In this document: positions 57,516 through 64,000 of the stretch, piece after piece | Layout of the letters: each line of letters begins with the position of its first letter | How positions within the stretch are numbered: the first letter of the stretch is position 1 | Assembly: GCA_964500005.1 (NCBI GenBank) | Contig: CAZCMP010000005.1 | Coordinates: 77,075-141,074, forward strand | Length of the DNA: 64,000 nucleotides | Direction: 5' to 3' | Origin: an uncultured Thermococci archaeon | GTDB lineage: Archaea > Methanobacteriota_B > Thermococci > Methanofastidiosales > Methanofastidiosaceae | Translations under genes and position numbers: made by a program | Notes under the pieces: generated by a model | What the model was told of the DNA's origin: nothing | The model's database searches: none | Seen by the model: only the letters and a program-made list of their open reading frames with translations

Positions 57516-58019
57516 TTGTTAAGGGAATATGTGAAAGAAACTAAATTTTCAATGCCTGTGATTTTTGTAGAGGACATACAAATCTCAAAAAAATTTTACC
57601 AAAATTTATTCTCTCTGGAAGTTGAAATGGATTTTGGCCAGAATATTGTATTTAAAGAAGCTTTTTCAATATGGGAAAAGAACCGTGCAAAAGAAATAAT
57701 CTTCCAAAACAAATTAATTGATCAAGAAGAAAAAAGATACAACAACGTTGAACTTTATTTTGAAACATTGGATATTCAATCAATTTGGGAAAAGATACTT
57801 TCCTCAAAAGTTGAAATTATTCACCCTATAAAAGAAGAGGCATGGGGCCAAAGAGTTTTTAGAGTTTACGATCCTGATAAGTTTATCATAGAGGTGGCAG
57901 AACCGATGGCAGAGGTAGTAAAAAGACTTTCCAAATTAGGTCTTTCTAGAGAGAATATATCGATTAAGACACAGATGGCGCTAGAAACAATTGTCCATAT
58001 TCTAGACGGAAACAGTTAA
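57516..58019 (+). CDS. VOC (glyoxalase/bleomycin-resistance-like) family protein
   Basis: It has two beta-alpha-beta-beta-beta modules. The match is weak. Confidence 0.45.
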   Translation: MLREYVKETKFSMPVIFVEDIQISKKFYQNLFSLEVEMDFGQNIVFKEAFSIWEKNRAKEIIFQNKLIDQEEKRYNNVELYFETLDIQSIWEKILSSKVEIIHPIKEEAWGQRVFRVYDPDKFIIEVAEPMAEVVKRLSKLGLSRENISIKTQMALETIVHILDGNS

Positions 58020-58186
58020 AGATTTATCCCCCTATGTCAATCCATATTCGATAAACTTTTTTTCCCTCTTGCATAATGGACATCTAAAAGTTCTAAGTAT
58101 TAGATTTCTCGAAATTTGTTTCTTTTCTAATTCCTCCATGGGGATTTCATGGACATCGCAATTATAGTTGGGGTTCATTACACTAC

Positions 58187-58978
58187 CTACTCGTATCTCT
58201 TTGCATAAGTTTTATTACAAAAACTGCACTTGTAAAACTTAACGTAATCTCCTTTGTACTCTCCTTCCTTTGTAAAATCTAGAATGCCTCCACAATCTTT
58301 ACAATATTTTGGCTCTTCCTCTTTCTTTTCTTCGTCTTCATTTGAATCTATTCTAAGTTGGCTTTCGTTTTCTTCGATTATTCTTTTTTTCAGGATATTA
58401 AATTCTTCTAGTGTTATCACATTAGATTTTTTTAATTCATTTAGTCGTTCCAGATTAGAAATTGTTTCAGCAGTTTTATTCTCTTTTTCTTTTATATCCA
58501 TATAATCGTTTGTGCTTTCATCGTATTTTAAATCAATATTTGAATCGTATTCTTCTTTTGGATTAAAATTCCCATATATTCCATTTCTTATAAGCCTAAC
58601 AACAATTTCAGCATCTTCATGGGAGAGTCCGGAAATAATGACTTCATCAGATTCAAATCTGCTATTTAGATAGACTTCAGTTGAGAGAACTCCTTTTTTC
58701 ATTCTAACGTTTGAAATATCTTTGAAATGATAATCATTAATTAATTTTTTTAGGCCCAATATGGTAGGATCTCTAAAAATAATACGATAGTTTGTCACAT
58801 ATATCTTGGCCGGAGTTGTAAAGGAACCACCTTTCTTAACTCTTGATTGTTGTGCAGCATACAATACTTCCTCACTTGGGAGAAGTATGCTTTCAATATC
58901 CTTCTCAACTTTAAAATCTCTCATATTCTCTATTATAATGGGAAGTATTAATTTAAAAATATATTTAATTTGTGACAA
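58187..58978 (-). CDS. bacterial-PH-like / SHOCT / C-terminal zinc-ribbon protein
   Basis: The N-terminal YcxB/bPH-like core reads KIYVTNYRIIF. An SHOCT-like ITLEEFNILKKRII is present. The C-terminus has CKDCGG...CSFC. Confidence 0.45.
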   Translation of the reverse strand: MSQIKYIFKLILPIIIENMRDFKVEKDIESILLPSEEVLYAAQQSRVKKGGSFTTPAKIYVTNYRIIFRDPTILGLKKLINDYHFKDISNVRMKKGVLSTEVYLNSRFESDEVIISGLSHEDAEIVVRLIRNGIYGNFNPKEEYDSNIDLKYDESTNDYMDIKEKENKTAETISNLERLNELKKSNVITLEEFNILKKRIIEENESQLRIDSNEDEEKKEEEPKYCKDCGGILDFTKEGEYKGDYVKFYKCSFCNKTYAKRYE

Positions 58979-59582
58979 TTTAACTAATTAGACATATATA
59001 GATATATATACTTTTAACCAAATCCAAATAGAATGACTAACATTAATTCATTTTTTCTAAGTATTGATTTAAAATTAGTATATACTATTAACAAACAATT
59101 CATGTTAAAAATTAAATAATGTGAATAATACAAAACTATTTTTTGAATATTTTAATATTTTATAACGGAAAGTTTTAAATAATCTAAGGATCTTATCTAA
59201 TATTGCACAGGTCGAAACTTCACTGGAATAATGCTGAAGTAACTCTCTCATGATTGCTTTGCTTTTTTATATCAAGACCTCAAAAATCTTGTTATAAAAG
59301 CCTTGTAATCTTTTGAGATACGCTCTAGTCATGGTCAAATCCTTAATCAAACACTGCGTTTGAAGGAAAGAAAAGGCATGCTTCATGCTTATTTCTTTTG
59401 TCTCCTTGGATTTAGATTGTTTCGAGACGTCGAAACAAACTAGGGTCTTCACATAATCTAGTGAAGCGACAAACTGTGCATTTCTTTTATTATTACTTCT
59501 TAAGAATATATTATTTATTAAAATAATAATATTTTTATAGATTTAAAACTTTTAAGTTAAGAGACTTTATGGAAGGATATTT

Positions 59583-60245
59583 ATGAAAAGAATAGCTCTG
59601 TTTGGAATAGTATTAATTGCTATATTGTTTTTTTCTGGATGTGCTACAGAAACACAGACACCGCCTGCTCAAGATTCTAAACCTATAGAGGAGCCCAAAA
59701 CAACACCGACGCCAGAAGAAAAACCAGTTGAAGTGCCTAAAACTGATACACAAACTATTGTATGGAAAGCAGATGGCATTATAACTCAAAATGAGTACAA
59801 AAACAGTAATGAATTTGGAAACGGAAGATTTACTGTATACTGGTCAAACGATGATGATTATCTCTATATGGGATTAAAAGGACAGTCTTCAGGCTGGGTT
59901 TCAATAGGATTTGAACCTACCTTTGCTATGCAAGATTCAGATATGGTATTTGGATGGGTAAGGAGTGGGACACCAACTGTTTTAGATATATATTCAACAG
60001 GTGCATTTGGACCTCATCCACCTGACCAAGACCTTGGAGGAACTAATGATCTAATTGAAGCTGGAGGCAGCGAAGCCGGCGGATTTACGATAATAGAATT
60101 CAAAAGAAAACTCAGTACAGGAGACAAGTATGATAAGTCATTTGCTAAAGCTCAAAATATTAACATAATATGGGGCCTAGGCTCTTCTGATTCTCTTGAA
60201 TCCCCACATACTACAAGAGGTAGCGGAACTATAAAATTAGATTAA
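59583..60245 (+). CDS. DOMON-like domain lipoprotein
   Basis: It has the lipobox FFSGC and a Pro/Thr linker. It has a DOMON-like core (GWVSIGFEP...MQDSDMVFGW...DIYSTG). Confidence 0.55.
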   Translation: MKRIALFGIVLIAILFFSGCATETQTPPAQDSKPIEEPKTTPTPEEKPVEVPKTDTQTIVWKADGIITQNEYKNSNEFGNGRFTVYWSNDDDYLYMGLKGQSSGWVSIGFEPTFAMQDSDMVFGWVRSGTPTVLDIYSTGAFGPHPPDQDLGGTNDLIEAGGSEAGGFTIIEFKRKLSTGDKYDKSFAKAQNINIIWGLGSSDSLESPHTTRGSGTIKLD

Positions 60246-60412
60246 TTTTTTATTTTCTTTATTTTAAATACTATTAATTGCGTTTTTAGTATAAATTTTA
60301 CTTGGGAGTAATTTCATTCATAATATGTTCAGTTTCAATTACTCTGACTTTTAGGAATAATATGTTTATTGAATACTCTTAAATATCTAAAAATCTTCTA
60401 TTAATTGATATA

Positions 60413-60907
60413 GTGTCCAATATTAAATCGAGAAAGAGAATAAAGTGGAACAATAACGAAGAGGATTGGGACTGTGGAGTTCAGGCACTGCACAATTTGC
60501 ACAAAATCACCGGAACTAAAAAGAAGGTTAATCCTAGAAAACTTAAAATAACAAAGAAAGAAGGAGTTTCGGATTTTCTGAAATACCGAAAAGCCTTGAA
60601 AGAAGACCCTAAAGTAAAAGAGTTAAAAGTCAAGACTGAGCCCAAGCCCAAAGAAATTAAAAAATGGCTTGAAGAAGACAAACCCTCTGGCAAAACACAG
60701 AATGTTGCAATAATCCATACAAAAGAAAAAAATGATAGATATGGCCACTTATCTCTAGCTTACAAATCAGAGGGTGACGAAATAAGAGTTGCAAATCTAG
60801 TTGACGAAGAACCGAGCTCAAAAGTGCATATTAAAAAATTAAGTAATAAAAAGACTAAATTAAAACGTGCTTATTTTCTAAAAGTAAAAAGAAAACAAAA
60901 GAATTAA
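60413..60907 (+). CDS. lysine-rich hypothetical protein
   Basis: The product is 164 aa. It has a possible Cys/His dyad (WDCGVQAL...YGHLSL) that might indicate a papain-like fold. I do not call it. Confidence 0.35.
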   Translation: MSNIKSRKRIKWNNNEEDWDCGVQALHNLHKITGTKKKVNPRKLKITKKEGVSDFLKYRKALKEDPKVKELKVKTEPKPKEIKKWLEEDKPSGKTQNVAIIHTKEKNDRYGHLSLAYKSEGDEIRVANLVDEEPSSKVHIKKLSNKKTKLKRAYFLKVKRKQKN

Positions 60908-61449
60908 TTTTTGATATACATTTTTTTGATTAAAACAACTTCCTTAGGAACATCATTGTGTACATAACCATCGAAAGTTCTCTTTGATGTTGTAGGAACT
61001 TCTTTGATTTTATCAATTACTTCTGTTCCTTTTACTACCTTGCCAAAAACAGCATAGCCAAATCCTTGTGGAGTTTTGTCAACATGGTCTAAGAAAGAAT
61101 TATCTGCTACATTAATAAAAAATTGGGAAGTTGCACTATCAACAATACTTGTTCTTGCCATTGCAATTGTATATTTGCTATTCTTAAGTCCGTTAGTAGC
61201 TTCATTTTTTATAGGGGCATTGGTCAATTTCTCTTTCATATCGTGATCTAGGCCACCGCCCTGAATCATGAATCCATCTATGACCCTGTGAAAAATAAGA
61301 CCATCATAAAATCCATCTTTTACATAAGCTAAGAAATTTTCTACCGTTAAGGGTGCATTTTTTTCATCTAATTCAATTTCAAAGTCTCCAAGTGAAGTTT
61401 CAACAATAACAATATCTTCCATATCATCACCTAAGAAATCTAATAACAA
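60904..61449 (-). CDS. cyclophilin-type peptidyl-prolyl cis-trans isomerase
   Basis: It has [14 protein letters not shown] and ...MAR......SQFFI. Confidence 0.85.
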   Translation of the reverse strand: MLLDFLGDDMEDIVIVETSLGDFEIELDEKNAPLTVENFLAYVKDGFYDGLIFHRVIDGFMIQGGGLDHDMKEKLTNAPIKNEATNGLKNSKYTIAMARTSIVDSATSQFFINVADNSFLDHVDKTPQGFGYAVFGKVVKGTEVIDKIKEVPTTSKRTFDGYVHNDVPKEVVLIKKMYIKN

Positions 61450-61493
61450 TTTATTTAAAAGCGTAGTGATATTTAATTAAAAAGTCAGTAATC

Positions 61494-62270
61494 GTGGATA
61501 TTATGACAGATGAATCTCACAAGAAGATAATTAAAGAAGAATTCGCTAAACAGTCTTCAACTTTAGAATCCTCCAACATCTTCACGGATGCTGAGATAAC
61601 AGAAAAAATAAAAAACGCTTTAGAGTTAGAAAATCAAATGACTGTTCTTGACCTAGGATGCGGCCCGGGTATTTTAACTTCGTGTATTGCGCCTTTTTCT
61701 AAGATGGTAATAGGTTTTGACATAACCCCAGAGATGACTATTAAGGCAAAAGTAAGATGCAGTACTAGCAAAAATGCAGTTTTCTTGATAGGCGATGCTG
61801 AATGCCTTCCCTTTAACGATAATTCACTTGATAGAATAGTGACTAGACTAACTTTTCATCATTTTATAAATGTTGAAAAGGTATTGTCAGAAATGCACAG
61901 GATATTAAAAGTTGGTGGAAAGGCGATTATTGTAGATATAATCTCCTCAGAAAAAAAGAGTGAAGCCGAAATACATAATGCCCTTGAGAAAATACGGGAT
62001 CCTTCCCATGTTAAGATGTTGCCAAAGAGTGAATTATTATCCCTTACTAAAAATTCAGGATTTACTATAATCTCACAAGATGCATGGGTAAAACAAAGGT
62101 ATTTTGATGAATGGATAAATATAACTTCGCAGAATGAAAACGCTTATTCTTTGGGCATAATAATGAAAGTTCTTGCAATTTCAGGAATCAATGCAGGAAT
62201 AGATTTAGACGTCAAAAAATCAATGATTAAGTTTAATCATAATTGGGTTATGATTACAGGTATAAAGTAA
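61494..62270 (+). CDS. class I SAM-dependent methyltransferase
   Basis: It has VLDLGCGPGILT and LKVGGKAIIVD. Confidence 0.75.
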   Translation: MDIMTDESHKKIIKEEFAKQSSTLESSNIFTDAEITEKIKNALELENQMTVLDLGCGPGILTSCIAPFSKMVIGFDITPEMTIKAKVRCSTSKNAVFLIGDAECLPFNDNSLDRIVTRLTFHHFINVEKVLSEMHRILKVGGKAIIVDIISSEKKSEAEIHNALEKIRDPSHVKMLPKSELLSLTKNSGFTIISQDAWVKQRYFDEWINITSQNENAYSLGIIMKVLAISGINAGIDLDVKKSMIKFNHNWVMITGIK

Positions 62271-62305
62271 ACAAAACTTATTAAGGCAAACTCAAATGTT
62301 TTTTT

Positions 62306-63133
62306 ATGAAGCGTCTAGGGGTTATTCTCTGTGAAGTCTTTGAAGAGGAAATACTTTATTTGCTAGGGAAGGAGGATATTTTTGACAAAATAATAATTGT
62401 CAACAATGAATCCTCAAAATACTTTCAACATATTCTCGAAAAAAAATTTAATCATGAGAAAATAAAAATAGCAAGAGAATTATGTTCTCCACGTTTTTTA
62501 AAAAGAGAGTCCCCTCTAGAGATTCTTATATATATTCTACCATTTTATTTACATACTAGCCCGCAAGAAATCAAAACCCAACTTATTAATGCTTCAAAAG
62601 AGATAGAAAAACACGTTGATAAACTTTTACTGTTATATGGCCTATGCGGTAATTCTCTTTCAGATATCCAAAATCTTCTAAAAGAGAATAGAATAAAAGT
62701 TCCCATATCCATACTTTTAGATGAAAAGAAAGAGATTGTTGATGATTGCATATGTGCCTTATTGGGATCTAGAGAGGAGTACGCAAAAGAACTTTATAAA
62801 GAGGGTGGAACTTGGTTTATGACAATAGGTTGGTCAAGACACTGGGATAAGATAGCTAAAGAAAGGGCTGAGATTTTAGGACCTGAACATATGGAGCAAC
62901 TTGCAAAGAGATTAGGCATAAAAAAACTTGATGGTTTAGAAAATCTAAAGTTAATTTTTGACCATACCAAATACAAAAGGCTTCTTGCGCTAGAACTAGG
63001 CATTGAAAAAAATTCAGAATATAAGAGTAAATGTGAAGATTTTGCTTCTTGTTTAAATCTAGACCTTTGTTATAGGAAAGGAACTTTAGAATTAATAGAA
63101 TCTGCTATAAGACAACCTCTAATTGATTTGTAA
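62306..63133 (+). CDS. DUF1638-like protein
   Basis: It has the LLLLYGLCGNSL core. The call is tentative. Confidence 0.4.
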   Translation: MKRLGVILCEVFEEEILYLLGKEDIFDKIIIVNNESSKYFQHILEKKFNHEKIKIARELCSPRFLKRESPLEILIYILPFYLHTSPQEIKTQLINASKEIEKHVDKLLLLYGLCGNSLSDIQNLLKENRIKVPISILLDEKKEIVDDCICALLGSREEYAKELYKEGGTWFMTIGWSRHWDKIAKERAEILGPEHMEQLAKRLGIKKLDGLENLKLIFDHTKYKRLLALELGIEKNSEYKSKCEDFASCLNLDLCYRKGTLELIESAIRQPLIDL

Positions 63134-63476
63134 TGTTAAGAAAAGTATTTATAATATTAGAATCCGTAAATAATTCTTAGTGCCGCTACAAATGCTAGAG
63201 ACCCTACCCATATGCCAAAGGGAATTAAAAACCCACTTTTGGTAAAACAACTTAGAGATGATCCGCCCATATAAACTCCTCATTTTTTGATGTTTTCATA
63301 TTGATAAGCAATAATCTACAATATTATTGAAACCTTAATGAATCCATCTAGACTATCTAGAACTTGGAATCAATTTAAAAAGTTATGGACAACAGATGAT
63401 TCGGCAATCAACGTATTAAACAGTACTTTTGAAAAAATTTATAAATAATTAAAAAAGTTAGTAATGAGGTAAAACT

Positions 63477-63692
63477 ATGTTTAATCAAATATCTTATTAC
63501 CCAATTTTTGGATATCCTTTTATAATCTATTTAGGCATATTGGCCATAATCCTTTTTTTAATTGCCGTTTCAATATCTACAATATTTAAAGGAAAAATAA
63601 AAAGTCATTTTAAAACTCACAGAGCTATTGCAATTGTTTCAATTGTGATTGCATTGATACATGGATTAATGGGACTATTGGCATATATATAG
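63477..63692 (+). CDS. small membrane protein
   Basis: The 71-aa product has two TM helices. Confidence 0.3.
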   Translation: MFNQISYYPIFGYPFIIYLGILAIILFLIAVSISTIFKGKIKSHFKTHRAIAIVSIVIALIHGLMGLLAYI

Positions 63693-63712
63693 TATTTATT
63701 CTCTATTTTTTA

Positions 63713-64000
63713 TTATCCACATTTAAAAAATAACCAATTTTTTTCTTGATCTTTTAATTTAATAAGGCAGTATCTCCCCTTAAGCCTATTGCCATTTAAA
63801 TTTACGACTATCTTGTCATTCTCATTTTCAATTAGTAAAAATGTTCCTTTGTCCCATATTTCTACTTTTCCTGCCCCATATTGTCCCTCTGGTATAGTAC
63901 CTTCAAAAGCAGCATAACCTAAAGGATGATCTTCAGTAAATACAGCAAGTCGTTTTACGCCTTTCTCAGTTGGAGGTATCTTTGGAATAGCCCAAGACTT
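63713..64000 (-). CDS. DNA ligase D 3'-phosphoesterase (LigD_N/PE) domain protein, N-terminus beyond window
   Basis: The reverse-strand translation ...KSWAIPKIPPTEKGVKRLAVFTEDHPLGYAAFEGTIPEGQYGAGKVEIWDKGTF... matches the PE-domain signature. The stop is at 63713-63715. The gene runs off the right edge. Confidence 0.55.
   Translation of the reverse strand, partial: KSWAIPKIPPTEKGVKRLAVFTEDHPLGYAAFEGTIPEGQYGAGKVEIWDKGTFLLIENENDKIVVNLNGNRLKGRYCLIKLKDQEKNWLFFKCG

Noticed and set aside
63175-63275. A possible ~37-aa minus-strand membrane ORF (MGGSSLSCFTKSGFLIPFGIWVGSLAFVAALRIIYG) behind GGAGT.
   Set aside because: It is too short and too weakly supported to call without conservation or expression data.
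1-64000. CRISPR arrays, tRNA or rRNA genes, and integrase or transposase genes.
   Set aside because: No regularly spaced direct repeats are present. No tRNA-like T-arm or anticodon structures appear in the intergenic regions I scanned. No recombinase signatures are present in any ORF.

Overview
This is an AT-rich (~30% GC) 64-kb window that is almost certainly archaeal. The evidence is a tungsten-type aldehyde:ferredoxin oxidoreductase (AOR), an archaeal class I fructose-bisphosphate aldolase, a TreT trehalose synthase, DUF3795/DUF1638/DUF362 proteins, and GGTGA/GGAGGT Shine-Dalgarno or leaderless starts. I found no rRNA, tRNA, CRISPR, transposase or integrase.

The core content is sugar metabolism. 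A minus-strand glycolytic operon runs glk-fba-pfkB-pgi-ferredoxin-AOR, and a plus-strand trehalose module carries PGM/PMM, TreT and an NDP-sugar pyrophosphorylase. Downstream lie a fused trehalose-6-P synthase/phosphatase and an ABC-2 exporter.

The accessory content is where the unusual structure sits:
- A ~5.3-kb cassette (15341-20640) is bounded by ~300-bp imperfect inverted repeats. It carries a QW-repeat prenyltransferase/terpene-cyclase-like protein, a DUF1801 protein, a secreted beta-helix protein, and unusually long non-coding stretches built from reshuffled promoter-like modules.
- There is a run of secreted proteins: two pectate-lyase-like beta-helix proteins, a PD40 lipoprotein and an unknown protein. 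Two of them share a conserved C-terminal ...ILKILKENxE tail.
- Two mosaic, near-identical paralogs of a cysteine-rich secreted protein sit 18 kb apart as direct repeats, with a conserved palindromic leader.
- Two Zn-ribbon-TM-TPR paralogs and a zinc-ribbon gene with an internal 174-bp tandem duplication are present.
- A GNAT acetyltransferase is split by a frameshift.
- A radical-SAM/SPASM enzyme has a neighbouring small membrane peptide.
- SelO, UvdE, a SagB-type dehydrogenase, many small Cys-rich or zinc-ribbon proteins, and a truncated LigD 3'-phosphoesterase-like gene at the right edge complete the window.
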